A stretch of DNA of 64,000 bases from Eledone cirrhosa. Taxonomy: Eukaryota. Each line of letters opens with the position of its first letter. The first letter of the stretch is position 1. The notes under the pieces are model-generated. The model worked only from the letters and a program-made list of their open reading frames with translations. It was not told the origin of the DNA and did not search any database. Position numbers and translations under genes: made by a program. Location: contig OZ024742.1 in the NCBI GenBank assembly GCA_964016885.1, positions 61,752,001 through 61,816,000 of the forward strand, in the 5' to 3' direction. Shown piece after piece: positions 43,092 through 55,972 of the stretch.

Positions 43092-43597
43092 ATATGAAAG
43101 AATGAATACATGCCAGCAGGAACAGTACAAGGGTCGGCTGAAAAGTTCATAATCTGTCCAAGATATTCTCATGGAATGTGACCAAATGAGGTTTATTTTT
43201 CAACATAGTCCCTTTCGGTCGACACGCTTCTTCTATGGGTATTGCAGTGCTTGGATCCCATTGATGAAGAAGCTTTCATCCTGTTAGAAAAAAATATCCT
43301 CAACAGCAAATATGACGTCAGTATCAATGCGTCACTGGTTCGCAGCCAAGTGATTTTTCATATTTCGGAACAGATGAGGTCAAATCAGGAAAAAAAGGCA
43401 AGTGATTAACTAATTCAAAGCCACAGTCACACACAGCAACCATTGAAATCAAGGACGTGTGTTTTGAAGCAATGTCCTGGTGAAACAAGACGACTTTCGT
43501 CACTCTTCCTGGGCCTTTGGTCTTGATAGCCTTTCGTAACTTCCCCAGCATGTTGGCATATTACTCTCCATTGATGGTGTGGCCTTTTTGAAGATAG

Positions 43598-46531
43598 TGT
43601 AGTGACCTACATTCCGCGGGCTCACATTCATTCTCTGTGCGTGATTTGGCTCAGCTCAGCCAATCAGCGCCAGGAGAAGAGGATGTATCCCTACGCGTTC
43701 TGAGGGAGAAATAGCCAGCGAAGATTTGAGGAATCTCACGGGACTTGCAGCTTGACCATGCTAAGGTAAACGCCACTTGTTCTTTTGCTCCGTAAGCACA
43801 AACAATATGTAACGACACAACAATTTTACTACGGACCTGGCCAAACGCCTCAGCCAGTCGACCGTATTTTCTCTTGTAATATTAATTGAATTATTTCATT
43901 ATTCTTGGCATGCCAGCTTAATTCACTTCTTAACCTTTGTTAATAAATAATGTAAAAACAAGCTAAAGTCGTTGTCGATATTCCTATCATATCTTTCTAC
44001 CAAAGATGGTTCCTCGTGGCAACATTACAGCTCTCTAAATATAACTCTCTCCTAAATTGGTAACCCTCGACGATTAAGTATGAAAACGTAGCCTATTTGA
44101 ATTCGCCATTCGTTTTAATGGCTATGTGGAGTGGCTTAACATTTGGAATGTTCGAATCGGGTAGCTAGACTCACTTAGCGTAAGTCCATAAAATTCATAA
44201 TATTCCATTTGTTGAAGCACGCGGCCTGCGCACTGTTTCTGTCATAACTTTCATGGTAACACTAGTAACTCACGCATACAGACGAACACAAAAATACAAC
44301 ACAAAAGAAAGAGTTTTTTCGACGACTAACAAAAAATTTCTCTTTTGGATTGAAAATTATGCGATGTCTTCTATCCGGTTGAGGTGGCTTGGTATATTTC
44401 AATTAGTTGATAAAATTAGTACGGTAACCACCGACTAAGAACAACTTACCTTGCAAGCATAGTTTGTTAAAAAAAAAAAAAAAAAAAGGATTTCTCTGGA
44501 TATAGAATTTTGCTTTCAACCTTCTGTTAAAATTACAAATGGAGACTTAAAAATGTTGTTTTCCCGCGTACAGCTTGTCCTCTTCAATCCCAGCCATCTG
44601 ATTGGCTGCATCGTGCCACATGACGGCTTCTTCATCACAGGCACATTTTTCAATCGGCCATCTTGGGATTTTCTTACCATGGAAAATGATTATTTTTATT
44701 GTTCAAATTTTCTTTAGAATATTTTTTAAAAGAAAAAATTAGCAGTATTTCAAAAACTTTTCGCCACGAGCATATTTCAAAACAGCTACCACCAAGTACC
44801 AGCCATGAGCAGCAACACATGGCTAACTATTAACCAACATCAGGGAACGGCTTGTAACTTTACCGACGCAACCACCATACCTTCTGTCTCGTTACCACAA
44901 GGACTCGAGAAATTAAGACATTAGTTTTCTCACCATTATGGCGTCAGACGTTGCTGCCATGTTGGTGACACTAGGTTCTTCAACGCTCGACTTCTACTCT
45001 ACAGAAGATTCATTGTGACTTTGCGTTAACAACAACAACAACTCTACTAGCTCCCTAGTAAGAGCGTTCCCAAAGAAAAAAGAAGCCAACTTTTTGTTAA
45101 AAGAAAAGAAACAATTCTTTCTTTCTTCCTTTTTTTTTCAGGCATTTATTTTGGATATTTATTTTTTTTTAAACTGTATTATATGAAAATTCATTTCTCT
45201 CTATCATTGTATATGTGACCGCACGCACACATTTTCTTTGCTGTATTACATGCCTGCATATATATATACACACCAACATGTTGTTATCTATAGTAGGTGA
45301 TCTTCAAGCGTCGTAATATTCTGCGAGATCCCTTTTCACCTTCTGGAGGTACCAAAACATGCTATCGACACTTGCAGCTTAGTTCACCTGCACCGCAACA
45401 CGAGAATGCTAATTGCAGTTGAACTCAAACAGTTTCGCATCTCGTTGCACATTCATCGTCCATAACAACCTCTATCTTGTTATCTTACCCAACTCACCGG
45501 GAAAACAACAAATAGAACTGGACTTGTCAGCTTTTCCACCACTTCTGTGGATTCGCCCGAATTATGGAACTGCAACCCACCTACAGATTCAACTTGCTTT
45601 TTTTTCTTTTCAAAGCAACCAGCCATTTTTTCCTGGCTCCCTAGCACATTCGGCAATACATCTGGGAGGCCAACATTTTCTCGCCTACCCATCATCTTCT
45701 TGCCAGCACTGGTAAACTACCATAATAGCTTCGTCCACAGCTACTAGTACAACACTTACCATTAACATTTAATGCAAGAACAGCAACTTCGCCCATGTCA
45801 GACTTTTCTGTTTTATGTTAGACCTTTGGTGGTCACGTATAAACTACAAAACAGCTAGTCATTTGACAGCGGCTCAACACGGCCCGTAGCGCCTCATTTT
45901 TTTTCTTGCATGCATCTTTCTGCTCAATTATTTTTTCACTGATGTGCTCTTTCAGCATTTGTTCTTGCTGATTCAATAATCTGTATCGACTTCCGTCTAG
46001 AAGGGGGGGTGTAAACTGTACCTTGTGGGTCCTTGGCTTCATCGTTAACGATTTTCGGCTAAAAATCTGCTCGGGGGTGATGTAATGACCTACATTCCAC
46101 GGGCTCACATACATTCTCTGTGTGTGATTTGGCTCAGCTCAGCCAATCAGCGCCAGGAGAAGAGGATGTATCCCTACGCGTTCTGAGGGAGAAATAGCCA
46201 GCGAAGATTTGAGGAATCTCACGGGACTTGCAGCTTGACCATGCTAAGGTAAACACCACTTGTTCTTTTGCTCCGTAAGCACAAACAATATGTAACGACA
46301 CAACAATTTTACTACGGACCTGGCCAAACGCCTCAGCCAGTCGACCGTATTTTCTCTTGTAATATTAATTGAATTATTTCATTATTCTTGGCATGCCAGC
46401 TTAATTCACTTCTTAACCTTTGTTAATAAATAATGTAAAAACAAGCTAAAGTCGTCGTCGATATTCCTATCATATCTTTCTACCAAAGTAATGGCAACAT
46501 TACAGCTCTCTAAATATAACTCTCTGCTAAA
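43598..46531 (+). mobile_element. Non-autonomous LTR retrotransposon (Gypsy-like termini) nested in the mariner
   Basis: LTRs at 43598-44056 and 46081-46531; 4-bp TSD ATAG (43594-97 and 46532-35); PBS after the 5' LTR; purine run GGGGGTGA before the 3' LTR; no long internal ORF. Confidence 0.88.
44058..44075 (+). promoter_or_regulatory. Primer-binding site, tRNA-Trp-like
   Basis: TGGTAACCCTCGACG resembles the tRNA-Trp PBS TGGTGACCCCGACG. Confidence 0.6.
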
Positions 46532-47645
46532 ATAGTAAATAAATACAATGCCTTTTGCATCCCAAAAAACTGATGCCATCACTTTCCTTCTTTGGAGGTG
46601 TGTTTCCATTGAATAGATTGTTTCTTTGCTACTAGCTCAAAGTGATGAACCCAACACTCATTCTGGGTTATGAAACGTTCAAGGAAGCTAACTAAATCTA
46701 CCTCAAACATTGCGAGATTTTCCCGTGATGTGATCAGCCTGGTGCACTTTTGATTAGGTGTCAGAAGACGTGGCACTCACCAAGCAGAAACCTTCGTCAT
46801 GCCAAGTTCATTGTGCAGAATATTCTCAAATCTCTCACGTGATATGCTAATAATATTGGCTATTTGATGTATAGTCAATCGTCTGTCATCCATCACCACG
46901 TGGTGAACATGATCAAAGTTTTCTTCAGTAGTGGCAGTTGCAGGACATTCAGACCTTGAGTCATCTTTAAGACTCTCCTTTCCCTTCCTAAATTCAGCTG
47001 CCCACTTTTGCACTGTTGATAAAGCTGGAGCATCATTCCCTAATATAGCAACAATGTCATTTATTTTTGAAGTCTTCTTTAAACAATCAGATGCCAGTTT
47101 ACCTGGAAGGAAACAATGTCGTTATTAATAAGAAGAGTTGAAATTAATGCATGCAAGATTTCACAGCTCTAGTATCATTCCTTCATAGTCGGCCTATCAA
47201 CTTTTCAGCCTACGCTCGTAAATGGTCATTAACCATGGGAGCGGCCACTGGCGTCACAGGAGAGGAGCAGTCGTTGCAGCCTTTTACTCGTAGTGGCTTA
47301 TCACCTCATGAAACCGAGATCAAAAGTGACCTGCTGAGCCATCGTGTCTAGGATAGACTTTAACTCGGAGGTTTTAGCAACATTGAACATAATAACTAGA
47401 AAGCTGCTGGCTGACAGTATGTCTTTATATATTTGTTTGCTTTTGTTTTGGTGGGGTGGGGTGGTTTCGTTGTCGGTAAAATATATAGCACCATGGGGGA
47501 CTTAACCATGGAAATCTTTTGTACATTTTCAGGAATTCATATCGTTTCTAAAATATAAATATATTTTGCATCAATATTATTCACTCGGATTACATTTCAT
47601 ATATTAAACTGCATGGATATTGATGCTACTTTCTCTCTCTCTCTA

Positions 47646-47706
<61 letters not shown>

Positions 47707-48070
47707 TCTCTCACTCACTCTCTCACTTTCTGTTTCTATCCATCCCCTCCCCTTCCTCATCTCTCACTCTCTATCTCTCATTCGTTCTCTATACCCTCTC
47801 TCACCTTGCACTCTCCCTCTTTCTCTCTCTCCCCCTCTCTTTTATTTTCTATTTCTCTCTCCCTCCTCTTTTACTCTCTCTATCTATCTATCTATCTATC
47901 TATCTCAATCTTACACTCTCTATCTTGTTGTTCATACAATACAACTGCAGTTGTTCATCCTTGTGTAGATTACATTGTCTGCGTTTATTTATTTATATCT
48001 GCTGCTGTAGAATGGGTATTTTGTCGCATTATTGCTGATCTACTAATTATCTAATTCAGTGTGGAAAGCC

Positions 48071-48144
<74 letters not shown>

Positions 48145-48191
48145 ATGTATGTATGTATGTATGTATGTATGTATGTATGTATGTATGTATG

Positions 48192-48238
<47 letters not shown>

Positions 48239-48254
48239 GGGGAGAGAGAGATAG

Positions 48255-48389
<135 letters not shown>

Positions 48390-48517
48390 CGAATTAAATG
48401 TAAATATTGTCCGAATTAATAATGTTGTGTGATCAATTGGGATTGATAAGCTAAGCGTCTGTCGTAGGAAGAAAGCGATTTTCTATAAGTTTTATGTGAG
48501 GATAAATAGTGATAGAA

Positions 48518-48800
48518 GCGGTGAATTGGCAGTCGTTAGGATGTCGGATATAATGTTTTACGGTGTTTGTTTCGACTCGCTGCTCCATGAGTTCATCTTT
48601 GCCTTTCATCCATTCGAGATCGACAAAAATGTACCAATCTAGTACAGGTGTCGATTCTTCCTCTATATATCTTTCTCACTTTCATCCTCTCACTCTCTAT
48701 CCTTCTCTGGAAGATATCTGCTGTATTCAGACCTGGAGAAGATTGAGCTCCATTAGGTTTTAAAATGCCTTAGAAACGCCATATATCAATACAGCGCTCC
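48518..48800 (+). mobile_element. Degenerate SINE (Meta/MESC-like core, longer 3' part)
   Basis: GGTGAATTGGCAG head; TTTGCCTTTCATCC..GTCGA..AAAATGTACCA-like core; 3' part shared with 49470-49530 and 11500-11590. Confidence 0.6.
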
Positions 48801-49249
48801 TACGACTCCCTCGGGACTTACGGGAACATGTATGCATGAAAATAGTCATGGATAGTACAATGGGCTAGCAGTTTTCGTGGTTTTAAATATTGTTTTTTTA
48901 ACATACGCGATCAGAAAATACTTCTTTTTGTTTTTTGGGTTTTTTTTATATTCATAAAAGCTATAAAGCTTTTAACGTCCTTTTCAGTATGTAACCATTT
49001 CACGTTTACGCAAGGAAGAAAACTTGAATGCCTACGGTATCATTATTTTCCTTAGTCTTTCTGCCTCCCGAATAATTTGTGATTCCTCTTCCAAAACATT
49101 GATGTACATGGGCACTTGTATGTAAAGGGCTTGAGCATACACGTTTTCTTTTTATATAACACGGGAAGATGGGAAACCAATTAAGATGCTGAACCATTGT
49201 ATATACTTTTTTCCTACAAGCTATATCTAGTAGAGAGGGCGACAAATTA

Positions 49250-49530
49250 TTGGCAGAGGCATTAGAACGTTAGATTAATGTTTTACTGTATTCGTTCCGG
49301 CCCGCTTTGCTCTAAGTTCAAATGCCGTAGAGGTTAACTTTGATTTTCATCCTCTCAAGGTAAATAATAGCAAAATTACCAATCTATTACTGGGGTCAAT
49401 TCTTCCTCTATATCTCTTTCTCATTTCTTCGCTATCACTCGCTCTTCTTCTCTTGAAGTTATGTTCAGATCTAGAGAGGGGATGGTCTCCGCCAGGTTTT
49501 AAAAATGCCAATGAAAAGTCGCATGTCACC
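49250..49530 (+). mobile_element. Degenerate SINE, same subfamily as 48518
   Basis: TTGGCAG head, AGTTCAAATGCC, GAGGTTAACTTTG..TTTCATCC core. Confidence 0.6.
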
Positions 49531-50491
49531 TACTGCTGCCAGGATTTACAGGTTACTAAATAAAATATTTAGTATAGGCAGAAGAAATCGCTTCACCCTT
49601 CTTCGGTCACTCGTGCAGCTGTGTCGTACGTTGAAGTAATATATTCATGTATGTTTTCGTCGTGCTGGGGGGGGGGGGACCAATGATAAACAGGTACTAC
49701 ATCTTTAAAAGGGAGAAGTCATACTCGATAAATAGCTATAGACTCGCGCACAAGGCTTGGATAAATCTAAATTGTTTCGATGCGAGATGGATGAACAATA
49801 TTATGGCTATAAATCAAAGCGTAAACTTTGTCACACACTGTGTCACGCCGAATCTCAATAATAATTACTTTAATGGTACATCTTTCTAAGGAATATTCAG
49901 CCACTTACACTGTAGTATAAAATCAAATGCACCGCAATTCATAGTATCATTTATGTAACACACTGTGGCATGCCGAATTTCCCTATGGGATGCTCAGTAA
50001 TTTCAAGAGCATGCTCTTTCGTTGATGGAAGAACTAAAGCCTTTATTGTCAAAACTGACGGTGTTTCATTTCATGGGTTATAAATCCGTAATATATTATG
50101 CAGCGTCAATGGGCCAGTCAAGTTGATGACTGGCTTACTAAAGTACAGAAACTTTACTCCCGTTCTTTGTGTCTGCTTTCAACTCCCGGTGGAATTGATT
50201 TAATATTTCGTTATTGTCTGTAAATATTACACTCAATAGCAAACACAATATGTAAAGAGGAATCATTATGTTATTACTCTGCAACATATAAAGACAAATG
50301 ATTATATGTTACTATATAATAAATATAGAATAATTAAAGCATTATATAATACGTATTTAAGCTAGAAAACAGCGTATATTAGAAGATTTAAGGTCGATAT
50401 ACCTACAATTTCGAATTAGAAACCGTGTCTATAAAACGAATGAAAGTTAAACACATTTATTCTTTTGTATAGAGAAAACCATAAGAGACTG

Positions 50492-50537
50492 TGTTTTTAT
50501 CGCATTTCGGATGTTTTTGTCTCCTCATCAGAAGATA
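50492..50537 (-). ncRNA. Degenerate hammerhead motif
   Basis: CTGATGA-GGA..TCC-GAAA-TGCGA-TA; stem I weak. Confidence 0.45.
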
Positions 50538-51228
50538 ATATTCTCTACGATTCTGCCTACAAAGGACCTTACGTTAGCAACATCAGGCAGGGTGATATAG
50601 CTGAAATGGGCAATCAACTTTATATGTGGTGCACACGTTTGGCAACGTAATTAATTAAATAATAAATATTTATGCTAAAGCACAGCGCATGATCGAAGCT
50701 TTAAAGTGAATTTCTTGTAGACATAAGTAATTCACCTTAAAGCTTCTTTGTTTTTAATTAGAAACTTTCACTGTAAAACAAATGAATTGTACAAAGCTTT
50801 CCATTATTTCTCCGCGCATACAAATAAAGACATAAGAGATTACCTTTATACAGTTGGGAGATGATTGCCTTCTTGACAGAAGATAACTACACTTATGATC
50901 CTGTCTACAAAGAAATCTTAGTACGGCAACGCTATATATTGGTTTCGAGATCATGAAGTTTGATCCTCCACCTTCTATTTGACTCAAGCGTTGTAGAGGA
51001 AATTGTGTCGAAGCCAATCGGCTAGACTTTACCTGAGGATATAGTAGAAAACACTTCACTAAGGCTCTATGCAGTTGTATTGAAACCACGTAGATGCAAA
51101 ACTCTCTTCTTAATCACACAGCCATGACTGCACCACATATTCACACATAAACACAAACACAAAGGAACACGCACGCACATACACACACGCGCACGCACAC
51201 GCACTACACACATATATATATATAGCCA

Positions 51229-51290
<62 letters not shown>

Positions 51291-51354
51291 ATGTATATAT
51301 TTATATATGTGTGTGTCTGTATATATATGCATATATAAAATACAATACAATGCA

Positions 51355-51480
<126 letters not shown>

Positions 51481-51514
51481 ATATATGTGTGTGTTTTCAT
51501 ACATACATACATAC

Positions 51515-52994
51515 CTCTCTGCGCAAAACAGGTCATCGGAACTCTCTGCGCAAAACAAAACAGTGGCTCACAATGTGCTGTGCTGTGCCTGTCCTAACAC
51601 CAACGTTTGGAATACTCAAATGGACGATAGACGAAATCCGAGCAGTTGATGTTGAAACTCGAAAAATACTAAACAACACCGGAAACTTCCACATCAACAG
51701 TGACATAGACCGCCTTTACTTGAAACGTAAGCAGGGAGGCAGAGGCCTAACATCAGTCCAGACAAAATTTGTCGCATCATATCTCTCCGACAACATCTAC
51801 GAACCTCGAAGCGTAGGAGCCCGTTTCTAGCGCAAGTCTATCTGCATGAAACAGATAAGATCATGAGAGTTGGGAAGGAACTCCTCGAGAGATATTCCCT
51901 GTGTGATAATCAAAAACCCACTCCAAGGGAAGTCACTCAGCAGTATCGCAGTGAATTCATGGATGAAAAACTGCATGCTTATCAGCAAAAAATCATGCAT
52001 GGATATGTTGCCAGGAAGCTCCAGAGTGAGAGTAATATAGATAAGGAAAGTAGTCTATCTTAGACCAACAACCGCTATATTGGCTCCCACTTTGAAGGAT
52101 ACGCTTTTGCAATCCAAGAACAGGAGATTAACACGAAATACCTGATTCAGAAAAGAGATAGGGATGCAGGCAAAACACCTAGATGTGATAACAAGTGCAG
52201 ACTCTGCAGAACTAACATCGAGGATATCACCCATGTCATCAACAGTTGTCCAAAGATGTCATCGCGGTACTATCTACCTATGAGGCATGATGTAGTGGCC
52301 AAAACACTGTACAATGCAGTTCGTAAAAAAAGATAGCCCCGATAATAAACACATTAAAAGCTACATCTATGTACATAATATGAAAGAGTACTGGTGGAAT
52401 GTTCCAGTACAAACCCCAATAAAATGCAGGGATAACAGACCAGATATTATGATATAGGACAGGGAAAAGAAAGCATGCACAGTAGTGGAAATTAGCTGCC
52501 CAGCAGATGCCAATATAATATCAAAGATTAGCGAAAAGGAGAATATCTATGCAGAACTGATTAGAAATCTGCAGATACTCCACCCTGATTACACCTTCAG
52601 ATTTATGCCTGTGATTATTGGGGCACTGAGGTATGTTAGTAACTGCCTCAATACAAATCTTGAGAAGCTTGGCTTCACAGAAACAGAAATAACACAACTA
52701 GTTAGGAAATTACAAGTACAATCCATTAATGGAACAGTAAAAATATGTAAAACATTCCAAAAATTTTGCATCTAATAACTGCATATACACATGTACAGAT
52801 ACAAAGCACATACAACTCAAAACATAAACATCCACACATACAATAACATCCATATCTACACATGCATGCATACATAATCTACCTAGTTGATGTTGTGTAA
52901 ATTCCAATGAGACAGTCTTATGTCTATGTTAGAAACCGACTCTCTCTCTATTGGGAAAAAATTTGTGAAATTATAAAACCAGAAGAACATACAT
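51515..52994 (+). mobile_element. R4/Dong-clade non-LTR element, 5'-truncated, in (CATA)n
   Basis: SELSAQNKTVAHN, AVPVL, IDRLYLKRKQGGRGL, AIQEQEINT, CRLC..EDITHVINSC..RHD, RPDI..VEISCP, PVIIGAL; (CATA)n at 51498-51514 and 56013-56160. Confidence 0.88.
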
Positions 52995-53053
52995 GGTGGC
53001 TGCCAACTCGTTTTCGAGTACGGCCACTACTTTATATCCATGTAAGAGAACCC

Positions 53054-54379
53054 CTACCGATGCGCTGAACGAGTGTGGCTTTTTAGTCCAGCCAGCGACT
53101 TGAAAACTCTGCTACAAACACTACACTTGTGACAATTATTGACACCTAGTGCTGGGCCCATGGTACCATGTGACCCAAGGTGTCGTGTGAGATCACTACT
53201 CGACCTGCATACCCTTCCACAAACATCACATGTCGTCGTCTGATGAACACTTATAGTTCCACAGGTGCCTGCTTCCTTGTTCTTATGCACTCTCAGGTGA
53301 CTCTTTAGACCTGCCATGCTCAGACAAACCCTGTTACAGGTCTCACATGTCAGGTCAGGCCGTCTGTCAGTGCCTTCGGGAAGGCCAACATGGATTCCTT
53401 TCCGGACATCTCTTTTTAGTGTCGCGTGCCTTCTTCTTGTTTCCTCAAATAGACTCTTGCCACTAGCCACTGCTTTCCTCCAATGCCATCGGTCGCTAGC
53501 GCATGCTTCCCAGTGCTCACAAGGGATGTTACTTTTCTTGAGCGCCCTCTTGATGCAGTCTTTAAAACGCATCTTGGGTTTGCTCGCGTTCTTTTTTCCC
53601 ATTTGGAGCTCGCCATAAAGCAGCTGCTTCGGCATTCGCTTGTCATTCATCCTTACAAGATGGCCTGTCCAGCGCAGCCGATGTTTCAAAATCAAGGACT
53701 CGACACTATCACAGCTACTTCTGTCCAGAACCTCGACGTCACTGACAAACATTTGCCAAGTTATGCCGAGGATCCGACGTAAGCAGTACTGGTGGAACCT
53801 CTCAAGTCGCTTCATCTGTCTACGGTAGACCACCCACGTCTCACAAGCATAAAGAAGTGCCGCGAGCACACACGCATGATACACTTTGAGCTTTGTCTTT
53901 ACCGAAATTCCGTGTTGAGACCAGAGAGGCTTGTTCAGTTTTCCAAAAGCATCACTGGCGTTCTGTATCCTGTTTGATATTTCCCCATCAAGATCGCAGG
54001 ACATACTCAGAGTGCTTCCAAAATATACAAAACTGTCAACTACCCTTAGCCGTTCACCATAAACCAAGATGTTGGGCTCACAACATGACTTCCCAGGGGC
54101 TGGTTGGTACATGGCTACTGTCTTTTTCAGACTTATGGTAAGTCCCAATGCAGTACACGCATTAGAAAATGCATCCATGAGATGCTGCATATCAATCTCA
54201 GTGTGCGCTACCAAGTCACAGTCATCTGCATAAAGCAAATTCCTGATTAGTGACAAGTGAACCTTTGACTTAGCATTGAACCTCCTGATATTAAACAGCT
54301 TTCCAGTTGATCGATAGCGAACATATATACCATGATTGCAGTTCCCGAAGGCCTGTTCGAAGACAATGGAGAAGTACAA
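53054..54379 (-). pseudogene. RTE ORF C-terminal part (RT domains 5-7, thumb, three C2H2-like fingers)
   Basis: LLYADD, GLTISLKKT, LLYACETW, LRWTGHLVRM, PKQLLYGEL; CETC..H..H, CDVC..H..H, CSVC..H..H. Confidence 0.9.
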
Positions 54380-54570
54380 AGCAAAGAGCGTTGGAGCTGG
54401 AATGTCACTCTATTTGACTCCATTCTCGACCGTCACCGGCTCAGAGAGCTTTCCACCAACATTTACCCATGCCTTCATGTCATAATGGAACAAACGCAAA
54501 ATGGAAACAAACTTCTCATGGCACCCAAGATATCCCATAAAGCCTTTCTGTTGACCGTGTCAAACGCCTG

Positions 54571-55972
54571 GGCAAGCATGGGGTCGGAAAGTGCAATGGC
54601 AATGGACTCTTATTATTGCAAATGTACACTGAGCTGGAATTGTTCATTGGCAGCACTATGTTCCAACAGAAGGACAAATACAAGACAACATGGATGCATC
54701 CTGGATCGAAACAGTGGCACCTGATTGATTATGTCCTTGTGAGGCGGCGGGATGTACAGGATCAGTGCAGTGTTCGTGTGATGCGTGGGGCAGAATGTTG
54801 GACCGACCATCGTCTGGTGAGAGCAATAGCAAGATGTGTAGTTCGGAAAAGGGAGAAACGGCGAGGGGTATCACTTCCGAAACGGCTGAATGTTGCCCGT
54901 CTGAAGGATCCTGAAGTCAGAGAAAATATGGTTAAAAAGATGGATGCGTTAGAATGCGGAAATGACTGGACTTCCTTTAAGGAGGTAGTTTATAGGGCAT
55001 GTGCTGATGTTGTTGGATTCACAGATAAGAAGCATCAGCATTGGTTTGACCAAAATGACAAGCTTATACACAAGCTTTTGGAGGAGAAATATATGCTCCA
55101 CTCCGTATTGCTTGGTAGTGATTTAAGCACCAATCGGCAGAAGGCAATCGCTGATAAGCTGAAGTTCGTAAAAGCTGATGTGCAACGAAAACTGCGTGAC
55201 GTGAAATGAAGAATAAGTGGTGGAATGACAAAGCCGATGAAATACAACTTGCGTCGGATGTGAAGGACGTTAAGACAATGTATAATCTTCTTCGTGAAGT
55301 GTATGGACCACCTATATCACCAGTTGAGCCTCTTAGGACAAAGGATGGCAATCAGCTCCTTAGAGATCCCAATGATATCCTGTTGAGATGGCGGGAACAC
55401 TTTGACGAGCTTCTCAATAGGGATTCAGAGGTTGACGAAGAGTTTATCAGGTCCATACCTGATAAGCCAGTAAGGGAAATCCTTGCTGAGCCTCCAACGA
55501 TCGAGGAGGTTAAACGTGCTGTCTGGAAATTCAATGGTGGGAAGTCGCCTGGATTGGATGGGCTGTATGCTGAGATCTTGAAGCACGGTAGAGAGAATCT
55601 CTTGCACCGACTTCATTCTTTGGTTCTGGATGCCTGGAACAACAATCAGGTTCCCGATGACTGGAAGGATTCTGTGATGGTTGTTTTGTACAAGGGAAAG
55701 GGAGACAGGGATGACTGCGGAAACTATCGTGGGATATCACTGTAGTCTGTTGTCGGCAAAGTTCTCTGTAGAATTCTGTTGGACCGTCTATTGCTCCACA
55801 TTGTTGATGAAGCTCTACCAGAGTCGCAATCGGGCTTTCGGGCTGGGCGTGGCACTGTGGACATGATCTTTACAGCCAGACAACTGCAGGAAAAGTGTGT
55901 TGAGCAGAATGTGGATCTCTACCAGGTGTTTGTTGATCTGACAAAGGCGTTTGACACGGTCAACAGAAAGGC
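54571..55972 (+). pseudogene. RTE ORF inverted N-terminal part (APE end to RT domain 3)
   Basis: TTWMHPGSKQWHLIDYVL, WTDHRLV, GKSPGLDG, NYRGISL, LPESQSGFRAGRGT, FVDLTKAFDTV. Confidence 0.9.

Larger units (their letters stand above)
43128..47218 (-). mobile_element. Mariner DNA transposon, degenerate, interrupted by an LTR element
   Basis: TIRs (C.AGGGT.GGCTGAAAAGTT.ATA) flanked by TA; transposase pieces KVSAW/PRLLT, ITQNECWVHHF, KVMASVFWDAKG, FHQDIA, HLPFFPDL. Confidence 0.88.

Noticed and set aside
50374-50434. TAGAAGA..GAAA-CCGTG-TC-TATA possible hammerhead remnant
   Set aside because: Core and stem II are too degenerate to separate from chance in AT-rich DNA.
52880-52930. Hammerhead-like arrangement in the R4-like 3'UTR
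   Set aside because: It needs at least three core substitutions; not supportable.
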